From Chiloscyllium plagiosum (taxonomy: Eukaryota), in contig NC_057718.1 of assembly GCF_004010195.1 (NCBI RefSeq), positions 13,495,549 through 13,559,548 of the forward strand: a DNA stretch of 64,000 nt, in the 5' to 3' direction. This document shows, piece after piece, positions 36,377 through 49,437 of the stretch. The position numbers and the translations under genes were made by a program. Every line of letters starts with the position of its first letter. The stretch's first letter is position 1. The notes under the pieces are model-generated. The model searched no databases and had not been told where the DNA came from. It worked only from the letters and a program-made list of their open reading frames with translations.

Positions 36377-36550
36377 CAGAGGAACCTCAATTATCCAACA
36401 TTCGATTATCCGAATTTCGGATTATCCGGCAAGATCTCAAAGTCCCAATGCTTGGCTAAACTATGTTATCTGGCATTCAATTATCTGAAATTCCACTAAC
36501 CGATCGAAATACTCCCCACCCGTGTCCTTTGGATAATCGAGGTTCCTCTG
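36377..36550. mobile_element. Tc1/mariner (pogo/Tigger-like) MITE, 174 bp
   Basis: TA on both sides. 22-bp TIR cagaggaacctc(a/g)attatccaa with 1 mismatch; internal reiterated attatcc motifs. Confidence 0.9.
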
Positions 36551-37023
36551 TACTTCTAATGTCAAGTATGCAAGAACATCAGCCTCAACAGTCCAGCCTG
36601 TGTATTTGCAGGATAAGGACAATCATGGGGGATATTATAAGAGACTCTAATGCTCTGAATATTTGACTTTTTTTTTTATAACAAGCAAGCAATATAATAA
36701 GTAGTTCCTGTTGGTGGGTTGTGAAAAGAGAATTGAAGCAAAATCACTATTGAGAAACAGCCAAATGCAAACAATCAAGTCATGTAAGTCATAGATTAAA
36801 AACAAGCAAATTCAAGATTTATGGAGAGTGTAATGAAAATAACTAAGAATGCATGGACATAGCTAAAGATAAACAATATATATTCACATATAAAAGCAAA
36901 ATGTGTTGAGATTGACTGAAAACTGCATAAATGCTTTGTTGTGAGAATATCAAAATAAAAAACCAGAGAGATCATAAAAGTATCACCCTTCTTCACCTGC
37001 CATTCTGTGCAGTTATATTAGTG

Positions 37024-37116
37024 CCTGTCCTCGGATGCTGCCTGAATTGCTGTGCTCTTCCAGCACCACTGATCCAGAATCTAGTTTCCAGCATCTGCAG
37101 TCATTGTTTTTACCTC
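37024..37116 (+). mobile_element. Penelope-like terminal fragment lacking the hammerhead part
   Basis: cctcggatgctgcctgaattgctgtgctcttccagcacc...tccagcatctgcagtc. Another diverged piece lies at ~38845-38950. Confidence 0.65.
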
Positions 37117-37283
37117 TATTAGTGATTGTAGGCTAATTGTTTCCAGAGATAACAAGTGAACCTTGTTTCATGAATGGACCATGCTTTGTGAGCATTTCCA
37201 AGGCCATGAATCGTTTTCTCTGCTTTCCTCCAAATCAACTCTGTTCATTCTATAACTAACCCAGAAACCAGTTATTTACTTAC

Positions 37284-37355
37284 CATTCAGTGTCTGTATT
37301 GGCCGCAGATTCATCGCCCAGTAATTCTACATGGGTATGTACATCTTGAATGAGT
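37284..37355 (-). CDS. TARBP1: TARBP1 coding exon 5/12, 72 nt, phase 2 to 2 (not in the ORF track)
   Basis: catctag|A...TG|gtaagt. (R)LIQDVHTHVELLGDESAANTDTE(W), similar to [20 protein letters not shown]. Phases fit both neighbours. Confidence 0.92.
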
Positions 37356-37627
37356 CTAGATGAAAAGAGATAGAATAGATTCTTTGAAAATCCACCTTAA
37401 ATTTACTGAAGGCACAAACAGCCAATTTGTGAAAGCATACAATATTTTTTTTTTGATTCACAATTGATAATACTTTTAATTACATATATATTAGACTTCT
37501 AACTTTTCAGATTTCCAAAAGCTATCTGCAAGTACAAATTTTGTAAAGTGGTAAAAGCCTGAGATTAGTCTCAACTTTAATGTGAAGACACAGTAACTTT
37601 TATTTCTAAGAAAAAACTTGATTTTAC

Positions 37628-37827
37628 CTCTGATCCTTCCTAAAAACAGGTCCAAACAGACAAGCCTCTAAAAAAAGACCTATGTGGTTTTCAGCACTTA
37701 TGAAATAATCTTCTTGAAAACCGTCAGCAGGAGAAACAGCGGGCAGCCATGTTTGGCAACAGTGAGTGATCAACACATTGAAGACTCCAGTTTTAGTTTG
37801 TGATATTTCAAGCAATTTGTTTGTTAT
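37628..37827 (-). CDS. TARBP1: TARBP1 coding exon 4/12, 200 nt, phase 0 to 2
   Basis: ttcag|ATA...AG|gtaaaa. ITNKLLEISQTKTGVFNVLITHCCQTW...LEACLFGPVFRKDQ(R). Confidence 0.95.
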
Positions 37828-39959
37828 CTGAAAAGGAAAGATAAAAATGAACTTTTATGAAGTCTTTTATGACCCGTACATGTTCCAAAATGCTTCATAG
37901 CCCACTATGAAGATGTTTCATGATATCTTACTATTAGAAAATGAGTTCCAAAGTGGAAGAACAATGTATAGCTTTAAGTCGAATGTGTATTTCTATATTT
38001 TTAAAAAAGGGGAAGAGAATTTTAGCTTCATTTTTAAGTTCTGCAGGCAGTTCCACAATGTCTAGAAATTTCTTTGCTTACATATAGTTTAATGAGGTTG
38101 TTAAACCCTGGAGATGAATAGTCCAGTTCATGAAGAAAAAAAGGGCAGAAGATTAAAAACAATACTGCTGTTTACTAGTGACAGAAGTCCAATAACTCTA
38201 AGATAGACAAGCCCAGAAGAAGCTGGGTACTTTACAGGTTTCAGTCAGACAGACTAAAGGTGTATAGCAGAAGTGCTGTTATATTTGCAGTCTCTAAAGC
38301 ATCAGGACTGAACACAAGTCCTGAGTGGCTTCAAAGTTGGCAAAAGAAATGTTCCAAGAACAGAAGTCTGATAAAGAGATGACTTCATACGAGAAGTGAG
38401 CTGAGTTAGTTGCTTCTTTAAGGCTGAGGAAGAGACATGAACTATGGAACGTGGCACTGACTGAATGCAGGACTTTGCCAAAAACAAACAGATTACAGTT
38501 GTGCTAATTGAACAAGTAGCTTTAAGGTAGATACAAGGTGACCTTACACTGAGGTTTAAGAGTCTATAAAATTGTTGTAGGCAGCAAAAGGGTTCAATCC
38601 TTATATTTTGGATACATGCAATAGCTATTCCAAATAGCTCCTGATTATTATAAGTTTTTTTGGTAAGAAACCTCTGTTATTTTATTGAAAGTATATTGGC
38701 ATCCTCTTGTGAATATGTTCAGTGACTGACAAATAGCAAAAATAAAACTTAAATTTCTATTAAGCCAGGTTTCATTTTGGGATCAGATGTGCTTAATATT
38801 AGCTGGGGTCATAACACAATCAAGAGTGGTTACTGTCATCGGCCTAAAATGTTAACCCTGTTTCACACACAGGTGCTGCCTGACTTGTTGGCTATGTCCA
38901 GCATTTTGTGTTTTAATTTCAGACTTCCAGCTTCTGCAGTATTCGGTTTTTGAATCAAAAGAACTCTCTTGCTCTTCTTTGGAAAGTGCCCTGCAATCTA
39001 ACATCCACCGGAAGAGAATGATGAGGGCAGCTGTGTAACAACTCATCTGAACGACAACACCTCTGATACTCCAATACTTTAGAGTTGTTACATGTCTTGA
39101 ATATCATTTGACACAGTTAAGTGCCAATGAGGTATTACTGCTACATGTACTCAGCATGAAAAGAATGCAAACTTCCTTTTAAAGATAATTAAAATGAATT
39201 TAAAAAGATAGAATGCTGTAATGTTTTATGAAATACTTACCATTCAAATGTGATACCAATCTGAATTTTGCCCTATTATGAAATATCTGCGCAATATTTT
39301 CTTAATGTATTTCTCAAACATGTTACTGTCTGATAGTCTACATTACCTTGAGATTTTCCTATTGCTGTGCAGGCCTCTTTTGTCTGTGCGTGGAGTCCAC
39401 ACAACCAATCAGCGTGCACGGACCCTTCAAACAGCTGCATAGTCATGCAGCTTAAAATGAAAACTGCATGCAGTATAACATCCAGTTCTACAGACCAATC
39501 AATCAATTTGCTCAATCATCTTTTTCCTTTCATTCTTAGATATTTCAAAACAACGGATAAGTCTTAAAAGACGACCCAAAAGGAAAATAATTACTTTGGA
39601 GACTGCAGTATACGAAAAGTTAAAATCTTAAGAACTTGTACCTATGTACCTTTTTTCCATTAATCTGGTAAATGTGTTGACTCCCAAAACTTTAGCAATA
39701 GAACTATTAATTCACACAAGTACCATGAACAGCACATATTGCTCCCCTGCATAATCCTAAACCGTGGTAATCAGGATACTGCAGCACCTAAAATCAGGTT
39801 TTTATTGAGTAACAAAAGAATGTTGAGAATGCTCTCTATAGAATTGCTATTCAGCACAGAGAATACCTGACAACAAGCTGGTAAATGTAGAACTTATCCA
39901 ACAAACATCACCAGCAGATGGTATGTTGCGTAGAATCAAAAACAAAATCAGAGGCACTA

Positions 39960-40545
39960 TACAAAGTATTAGTCAGACCACACCACTGTGAACAGTTCTG
40001 GGCCCCTTACCTAAGGGGAGATATACTGGCATTGGAGGCAGTCTAGAGAAGGTTTGTAAAGCAAATCCCAGACATGGAGGGATTTTCTTATGAAGAGAGG
40101 TTGGGTAGATCGGGCTTGTACTCAGTGGAGTTCAGAAAAATGGAGAGGCAACCTTATTGAGACATGCAAGAATCTTAGGGGACTTTACAGGGTAGATGTG
40201 AGAAGCTTGATTTCTCTTCTGGAAGAGTCTAAGAGTAGAGGGCATTATCTCTGAATTAGGGGTTACCCAATTAGGACAAGGAGAAGGAAGAATTTCTTCT
40301 TTCAGACAACACCAAATCTGGGGAATTCTTCATCGCAGAGGACTAACGAGGCTGGGTCGTACATAGTTAAGAATAGTCAAGGCTGAGATAGACAGATTTT
40401 TAATCAGTAAGAGAATCAAAGGTAATGAGGAAAAGGCAGAAAAGTGAGGTTGAGCAACATCAGACAGAAATAATCAGGTTGAATGGCAGAGCAGACTCAA
40501 AATGCTCAATGGCCTACTTATGCTCTTACATTTTGTGGTTTTAAG
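39960..40545 (+). mobile_element. Degraded CR1 3' fragment
   Basis: ttagtcagaccacacc...gttctgggccccttacctaagg; tail aatggcctacttatgctc. Confidence 0.8.
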
Positions 40546-41309
40546 GCTGATTGTGTTGGTTCTAAATCTAGTAGAGTTGAGGCATAAAATCAGCCATAAT
40601 TGTACTCAATAGTGAAGTAGGTTCAAAGGGCTGTATGATACTTATTTTCCTTATGTGCTTGTATCCACAAGGTGTACTATATAGGTCCAATCATTATGTC
40701 ATTTAGTTTAATCAGTTAGGACTACTCTAAATTTTACCATTCTGCAAGGTACTTCCAAGCTGTTTGTGGGGACCAGAGGCTGTGTACAGATGCAACAAAT
40801 AAGACATGAAATCAACTGACTATATGCAGGACTGTTACCTTAAATGGTCACAAGCATTTAAATTCAAGAACAGCAATCTAATTATTAGCTCTCAAAGAGG
40901 AAAGCTGATGTCAGTGAAATACCCGACACTTAATCTGCATGTTGATAAGTTAAGCTAAACTGCCTCCAAAAACTTCAGCAGGTTCGCCCACTCTAATCAA
41001 GTGGATGTGAATTGAGCATCATTCCACATGCATTCAAGATCTTGCCTGAGTGTTAAGATCTCAATTTTCACATTTCCACTCAAAGACACGCTCACCTCTT
41101 TTCCAAAAGGTTTCTTTGCTTCATCACCTTTTCAATCTCACGAGCAGGGAACAAAATTAAAAGTTTAGCTAGAACATCTTCCGTTTAGATACAGTTGTAA
41201 TGATTTATCAAATTTAACTTGTGGTTTTAATTTTTGACATTAACTGCCACTAACAATAACTACATTTTATGTGTATCATCCCTTGACATTAAGATACAAG
41301 GAGGGTATC

Positions 41310-41910
41310 GGAATGCTGGCCTTTATATCTAGAGGACTGGAGTATAAGGATACAGATGTTTGCTGCATCTGTACAAAACCCAAGTTAGACCATGCCTGGA
41401 GGACTGAGAGCAGATTTGGGCACCACACCTGAGGAAGGATACTGGCCTTAGGGGGACTATGACAGAGGCTTCCAAGAGTGATACCTGGGCTTCAAGGATT
41501 AAGTTATGGGGAGAGATTATACAAATTAAGCCTGTATTCTCTAGAATTTAGAGGTTTAAGGGGTGATCTGTTCAAAATGTTCAAGATATTAATAGGAAAA
41601 GACAGGGTTGGTAAAGATAAACTATTTCCACTGGTTAGAAATTCTAGAATGAGGGAACATAGCCTGAGAATTAGAATCAGACCATTTAAGAGATTTGTTT
41701 GGAGGCACCTCGACAGACGAAGGATGAAGAAGATTTGGAACTCTCTTCGACAAATGGCAGTTGATAATAGATCAGCTATTAGGTTTAAATCTGAGATAGA
41801 TAATGTCTCCGCTTAACAAAAATTAAGAGATATGGACCAAAGGCAAGCATATGGGAATTAGGTCACAGATCAGACATGATCTCATTAAATGGCCAAACAG
41901 GCTGGAGGGG
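41310..41910 (+). mobile_element. CR1 3' fragment; its tail resumes at 42256-42290 after a SINE
   Basis: ORF 41478-41816 IPGLQGLSYGERLYKLSLYSLEFRGLRGDL. Confidence 0.85.
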
Positions 41911-42255
41911 ATTAGATTAGATTAGATTACTTACAGTGTGGAAACAGGCCCTTCGGCCCAACAATTCCACATCCCCTTCGGCCCAACAATTCCACATCGC
42001 CCCGCCGAAGCGCAACCCACCCATACCCCTACATTTACTCTTTACCTAACACTATGGGCAATTTAGCATGGCCAATTCACCTGACCTGCACATCTTTGGA
42101 CTGAGAGAGGAAACCAGAGCACCCTGAGGAAACCCACGCAGACACGGGGAGAACGTGCAAACTCCACACAGTCAGTCGCCTGAGGCGGGAATTGAACCCG
42201 CGTCTCTGGCGCTGTGAGGAAGCAGTGCTAACCACTGTGCCAACGTGCCGCCCAC
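41911..42255 (-). mobile_element. HE1-like V-SINE with internal 25-bp tandem duplication
   Basis: Full SINE; cccttcggcccaacaattccacatc occurs twice (41949-41973, 41974-41998). Confidence 0.9.
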
Positions 42256-44399
42256 AATGGCCTATTCTTATTTCTATGTTTCTATGTTCCTACAGGTGTC
42301 TCCTCCAATGACTACCTTTTAAAATGATGTTCCCTAACATACATAATAGAAAACATTGCCAGAGGAGCCTCTTAGAATCAGAGCCACAGTAAAAATAGTT
42401 GGTTCTGGCACAGAAACAAAGCAGTGCGGGGAACTTGGCCCCAATTTCTGAACCTTCAAATGTTCTTTCAACTAGATGAAGATGAATTATGAAGGTGTGT
42501 TGAATGATCTCGACTCCCTTACAGTGCATGAAGTATTTCCCATATGGGTATGAATATAATCCCTCCCTCTTAGCACAACTCTAAAGGAAAAATGAGCACA
42601 AGATCATTCAATGACAAGAAAAATCAGGCACATTCTTTCAATTAATATTTGCACAGTAAAATGTTAGTAAGGATAATTTCCAGTTGGTCATATTTAAAAA
42701 GGTTTTATGGTTTCAATACTTAGCTGATCTTTATCATTTAATTCACCAAGTTAGTCCTTTGCAAAAAATATGTTAAATAGTTACCAAGTGGATACTTGGG
42801 CAAGTAAGTTAGGTAATGGAGAACACAGCACACTCATGGAACAGCACCAGTCCAGACCTGGGATCAGATTATTCAATTATTAATTGATCAAAACCTGTAT
42901 TAGCGAATAACTGTCAAACAACATCCACTGCATTTTTGAGTTTGAATAAAAGAACATAAATTTAAACAGAGGCAACAGGTGTCTTGCCCACTGGCCAAAG
43001 AGCCTCACATTGGCTCCTTTTAGTCACATTTAATTGCCAACCATTAATTAGGCAGGGTCGGTGGAGGACTAAGGCAGTGGATGTCCTGCCCTCTGAAAAA
43101 GATGGGCCAGGTCCCAGCAGTTCCTCTGTGAGATTGTGGTGGCTATGTCAGACACTCCATTCACTTGAGACTGAGGATTGCCACAGATACATGCAAGTGA
43201 TGGCTTGGGGAATGGGGAAGAGAGAGCCAGAGACAGCAATGACGGCTCTCAACAGAATCCCTTTTCCCAATACTCAATCCGATACCAAGTGCTTATCAGC
43301 AAAGGATTACTACTGGAAGCTTGTAAGCAAATAGCAAGGAGTTAGGTGCACATAATGACCAGTTTGTACACAGATTGAACAGTAAGATGCTTCATTCATA
43401 CCACTATCACACACAAACACCTCAAAGTGGGATCCTTTGTTTACTGCATGAAAGAACAGACCACAAATAGTTCAAGCAGCATTATTTAGGGTATTAACTT
43501 CTTCAAATCAACTTTATGTCTCCATGATTCAAGCTTGATTAATAACAACAAGCTGTTCTATAAATTCTGACAGCATTATCGTAGCAATTATCTCAACATG
43601 TCACTTCCTAGTATGCACTTGGTTTGGAACAGTTTCCCTTTGATCAAAAGCTATCTCATCTAATTTCATGTCATTACACCTGACACCAAGCATATTCCAA
43701 TGAGATACCACTAACTAAAATTAAAATTCAAGACTTCGTGCACAAACTGTAGATGAGAAAAACATTAAATTAAGGGAAATAATGTGAATTTTAATCAGTA
43801 GGCTAAAGAATTGTTGACATAATCCTAAATTTATCCAAACAGCCAGCAATACTTTGGTTATCACATTCTCTATGTCCAAAGTAGAACAAAAATATCTTGC
43901 TTCACTCCTGAAATCAGCCATTTCTATCACTTTTAATCCTATCCTATTCACGCAAAAATGAACTTCAAAGGTTTGCATTTCCAACAAGTCATCAAACATC
44001 AATGTCTGTTTTGAATGGCTGACTGTTCAAAACTAAACAAGACAGACAGCTTTGATCCATTTCTTCTGTTAAAATATGGATTTCTGCTTGGAACAAAGCT
44101 ACTCAACATTTTTGTTGCTGAATCTGCAATTTTTCTCCATGCTTGAATGGATTCTGACAACTAAATAAGGCTCTGAATCACTGTGTTTACCGGTAATTTT
44201 TAAAAATATATGCTTTACATCAATTGTTTTCACAGCCTCTTGGAGATAAATAGCCAACCAGGTCATAGATGCACACAGCATTCTCCTCACTGCTGCTAAG
44301 ACATCACAGAATCTGATCAGATTCTTCCGAATTATGTGTTTTTTTAAATTATATATTTTTTTCTAGCACTACACAACTCATAGAAGCACACTCATATAG

Positions 44400-44610
44400 A
44401 ATCTTTACTCAGAATAGTAAGGGTATGGAATGCTTTACCTGCAATGGTAGTAGATTCGCCAAGTTTAAGTGCATTTAAGTCGTCATTGGACAGGCATATG
44501 GATATACATGGAATAGTGTAGGTGCGATGGGCTTCAGATTAGTGTGACAGGGCGGCGCAATATCGAAGGCCGAAGGGCCTGTACTGCGCTGTAATGTTCT
44601 ATGTTTTATG
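44400..44610 (+). mobile_element. CR1 3' end
   Basis: tttactcagaatagtaagggtatggaatgctttacct...gccgaagggcctgtactgcgctgtaatgttctatg. Confidence 0.8.
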
Positions 44611-45806
44611 TAATGTTAAGTATTTATTTGGATCAGACCTCATCTTACCTTGGACTGTCATTATAATAGATGCTGCGTGGAGGGAGAAGTGGGGAGACAG
44701 ATACCATCACAGGTCATTGACTCTCCATAATGCAAGTGTATAGCTTGAGAATAGTGAGAGCGCCTATTGCCCAGACACCATACTGATGAAGGCAATATGG
44801 CAGCAAATATCTCCATCTCGAAACAAAGGATGAGATGAAGGGAAAGAACAATAAACAGACTAACAGATGCTTATTTCTCCTCCTCAATACATAGAAGCAA
44901 TTTACTCCATCAACAAAAATAAATTAGAATCCATATTTAAAGCAAAGTAAGTACATTGCTTCATCATATCAAACATCTGTATAAAATGACCTTAGTTAAA
45001 ATAAGGACTAGAGGTCAATACAAATTGGCAATGAAAGGAAAATTAGATTATAATAAAGATATTATTGCAAGCAATCTGCAGAAAAATAGTTCTAAACTTA
45101 TGACTGAGTAAATGAATAATTCACCAGCAGAGGAGAATTAGGTCATATCCTAAGCTAATTTGTGCAGAAATTGATAAACACTCAAAATATCCTCCAGTAA
45201 GAGTTAAAATCTACTTTTAGAAATCTAAAACATGGAACAATAAACACTGCAAAACCAAGACAATATTGCAGATAATATCAAGGTTTTTGAAGGTTATTTA
45301 AATCTAATTGCATAAACTTCAACATACAATTTTAATCACCTGGAAAGGGATGGCAGTTTATTGCAGTGATCAAACATAGCACTGAGAGAAAAAGTTCTCA
45401 TTATTTAGCTACAGAACAGTTTAAATGCACAAAATTCAAAATAACAGCAAGAGATATTCAGTAACTGACAATGTAATAAGAGGATGTAGGCTTCTAATTA
45501 TAATATGAAGCAGTCATACAATCCTGAGAGCTTTCCTATCTACCTAATCCACATGGAAACACTTTGATCTGAAAAAATTCTTTATTTCCAAACAGTATCC
45601 TTCAAAGTTCACCTCTTCTATTTTCCCAGGTCACAGTATAGCTGGGCGAGATAATATTGGGCTCAACTTGCTGAATCACTTTGCAATAATTTCCTCTTCC
45701 AACAAGGAAGCATCTGATCATAGGTGGTCCTCAAAAGGCTAGCTCTGCCATGCTGAGGCAGAATTGCTTCCTCAAGGCAAGTAATTATTTTTATACCAAT
45801 AATATA

Positions 45807-46107
45807 TGGGCGAAACGGTGGCACAGTGGTTAGCACTGCTGCCTCACAGCGCCAGAAACCCGGGTTCAATTCCCGCCTCAGGCGACTGACTGTGTGGAGT
45901 TTGCACGTTCTCCCTGTGTCTGCGTGGGTTTCCTCAGGGTGCTCCGGTTTCCTCCCACAGTCCAAAGATGTGCAGGCCAGGTGAATTGCCCGTAGTGTTA
46001 GGTAAGGGGTAAATGTAGGGGTATGGGTGGGTTGCGCTTTGGTGGGTCGGTGTGGACTTGTTGGGCCAAAGGGCCTGGTTCCACACTGTAATGTAATCTA
46101 ATCTAAT
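45807..46107 (+). mobile_element. HE1-like V-SINE
   Basis: Full SINE on the plus strand; 14-bp deletion between two aattg repeats. Confidence 0.9.
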
Positions 46108-46179
46108 ATGCTTACAACTTCAAACATAGAGCTGACCAAGACCCTCGAGTGGAAGATCATCTATGGAAAAGGGAAGGTG

Positions 46180-48265
46180 AGCTGAGGAGGATGTAGTGAT
46201 GCTTCAGTCTGATTTGGACAGATTGATTGAATGGCAGTTGAAGTATATTGAGGTCATCCACTTCAGTAGCAAAAATAGGCAGGTGGAAAATTATCTGATT
46301 GGCGATGGGAAAAGGGGAGGTGCCACAAGACGTGGATTCATAGAGTCAGAGACATACAACATGGAAACAGACCTTTGGGTGAACCCATCCATGCTGACCA
46401 GATTTTCCAAAGTAAACTAGGCCCAGTTGCCTGCATTTGGCCCATATCCTTCCAAAACTTTCCCATTCACGTACCCGTCCAAATGTCTTATAAATGTTCT
46501 AACTGTATCTGCATCGACCACTTCCTCTGGCAGTTCATTCCACACACAAATTCATTGCCCTTCAGGTCCTTTTCGATCTTTCCCCCTTAAAATTATGCCC
46601 TCCAGTTTTGAACTCCCCTATCCTATGGAATAGACCTTGGCTATTCACCATATCTACATCCCTCCTGATTTTATAAATCTCTAAAGTCACCTCTCAACCT
46701 CCAACTCTGCGGTGAACCATTTCCCAGCCTATCCACACTCTCCTCATAACTCAAAACCCCCAGTATCAGTAACATCCTTGTCAGTCTTTTCTGCATCTTC
46801 CTCAATTTAATAATATCCTTCCAATAGCAGGGCAAACAGAACTACGCACAGTCCTCCAAAGGTGGCCTCACCAACGTCCTGTACAAGCGCAACTCCTTTA
46901 CTCAACACTCTGAGCCACAAAGGTAAGTGTGCCAAACATGTTCTTTACCACTGTGTACCGTGATGCCACTTTCAAGAAACTATGCACTTGAACCCTTAGA
47001 TCTCTCTGTTCCAGAACACTCCACAGAGCTCTACCATTGACTGTGTAAGTTCTGCCCTTGTTTGTCTTACCAAAATGCAAAACCTCATATTTATCTAAAT
47101 TAAACACCATCTGCCACCCCTTAATCGACCCAATTGATCAAGATCGCTTTTTAGTCTTAGATAACCTTTACTGTCAACTATACCACCAATTTTGGTGTCA
47201 TGTGCAAACATAAATTAACCATGCTTCCCATATTCTCTTCCAAATTATTGCTGAAAGCATGCATGCAGGTGCAACAGGTGGTCAAGAAGGCAAATGGTAC
47301 AGTGAGAAGATTTGAATACAGAAGCAGGAATGCCTTGCTGCAAATATACAGAGCCTTGGTGAGACTACACCTGAAGTACTGTGTAATTCTGGTCTCCTTA
47401 TCTGAGGATGGATGTGCCGGCTATAGAGGCAGTGCAATAAAGATTTACCAGACTGAGATGACAAGATGGATACAAGAGAAGAGATTGGATTGGTTAGAAC
47501 TAAATTCACTGCAGTTTAGAAGAATGAAGCAGGCTCTAACACTCTAACATGACTAGGATAAACACAAAAACAATGCTCCAATGACCAAAGAGTGCAGAAG
47601 CTGGGGTGACTGTCTCAGGACAGCAGAAGGCCCTTTAGGATTGACATGAGGCGAAATTTCTTCTCCCAGAGAGTGGTGGGCCTTTGAAATTCTCTGTCAT
47701 AGAAAGTAGTCGAGGCCAAAACATTGAACATTTTCAAGGGGGAGTTAGATATAGTTCTTAGGGCTAAAAGGATGAAAGGATATGGCGGGAAAAGAGGATC
47801 AGGATACTGAATAGGATAATCAGCCATAGAGTCATAGAGATGTACAGCATGGAAACAGACCCTTCGGTCCAATCCATCCATGCCAATCAGATATCCCAAC
47901 CCAATCTAGTCCCACCTGCCAGCACCCGGCCCATATTCCTCCAAACCCTTCCTATTCATATACCCATCCAAATGCCTCTTAAATGTTGCAATTGTACCAG
48001 CCTCCACCACTTCCTCTGGCAGCTCATTCCTTACATGTACCACCCTCTGCGCGAAAAAGTTGCCCCTTAGGTCTCTTTTATATCTTTCCCTTCTCATCCT
48101 AAACCTATGCCCTCTAGTTCTGGACTCCCGACACCAGGGAAAAGACTTTGCCCATTTACCCTATCCATGCCCCTCATAATTTTGTAAACCTCTATAAGCC
48201 ATGATCACATTAAACAGCATAGAAGGCCCAAAAGGTCAACTGGCCTACTCCTTTTCCTATTTTCT
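46180..48265. mobile_element. CR1 cluster: older plus-strand CR1 interrupted by two minus-strand CR1 insertions (~46338-47240 and 47828-48196)
   Basis: RT remnants on both strands. The younger insertion is flanked by an agccat duplication (47822-47827, 48197-48202). Confidence 0.85.
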
Positions 48266-48879
48266 CTGTTTTCATATTTCTAAAAGGTGAGCAATCCAAG
48301 CACTGTCCTAATATTTTTTAGTTGCACCAATTAATATGCAGTCAATCCCAACTAGGTCCGCAACTGCTAGCTTATTTTATGGCTTTGCTTTTGACCAAGA
48401 TTACGGCTAGGTGTGGAAACACACGCAAGTACACGTTCAAATTGGAACACAACTTTTAAGCACAAATGCAATGTACTGCTCATCCAATAAATCACCTAAT
48501 CTAGGGTTTGATGTACAAATAACAATACTTGTGGTATTACAGGGAATGATAAAGGTCAAAATTAACATCTATATATATATATATATCTGTGCATTGGTAA
48601 CTTATGAACAGGCCAAATAATGACCATCTTCAAAAAAGTAATTTTAGATTAAATGCCAATTTCAAAATCTCAGCACTGCTAAGTGTATGGTCATTTCACA
48701 TTTTCCTTTAGTCCCCAATAGTAATGATGCTATGTTTATTTGAAGCTGCCTTGGCGCAGTTTATCTGTTACCAAATGTAATGGGCTTAAGTTACAGCTAA
48801 GACAACTCGCTCACAATGTTTTGAAAACATCAAAAGCTTTTACACTAATAGCATGATGTCATGGGTACAATTACTCATG

Positions 48880-49084
48880 GAAATGTGTTGCTGGAAAAGC
48901 GCAGCAGGTCAGGCAGCATCTAGGGAACAGGAGAATCGACGTTTCGGGCATTAGCCCTTCTGAAGAAGGGCTAATGCCCGAAACGTCGATTCTCCTGTTC
49001 CCTCGATGCTGCCTGACCTGCTGCGCTTTTCCAGCAACACATTTCCATCTCTGATCTCCAGCATCTGCAGACCTCACTTTCTCC
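48880..49084 (+). mobile_element. Young fold-back Penelope-like mini-insertion
   Basis: Perfect 14-bp TSD tacaattactcatg (48866-48879, 49085-49098). 85-bp inverted arms with one mismatch. Confidence 0.88.
48960..48987 (+). ncRNA. Minimal type I hammerhead ribozyme-like motif
   Basis: CUGAAGA-A-GGGC(UAAU)GCCC-GAAAC-GUC. Confidence 0.6.
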
Positions 49085-49437
49085 TACAATTACTCATGCA
49101 CAGGTGGATCACAGTGACCAACTTAAACAGCAGCACTACTTCTGCTGCATTTGAAGCACTGTGGTTTCTTATTCTTTTGCAGGATGTGGGCATCACTGAC
49201 TAACTCTGTATTTTTTTCACATCCTTGATAGCTTTGGAGAAGGTGGTGTGGTGAGCAGCTTGAACAGATGTGGTCAATGTGGTATAGGAACATCTATAAT
49301 GCTGTAAGGGAAGGAGTTCCAGGATACTGATGCAGCTAAATGAAGGAACGGTGATACAGTTCCAAGTCTAGATGGTGGATGGCTGATAGGTTGGCTGTAG
49401 GTGATGGCTGTCCCTTGCATCTACCAACCTTGCCCTT

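Noticed and set aside
42290..42580. Minus-strand ORF preceded by a tttcctttag acceptor-like site
   Set aside because: TARBP1 exons 3 and 4 already join without a gap in the protein, and I recognise no homology.
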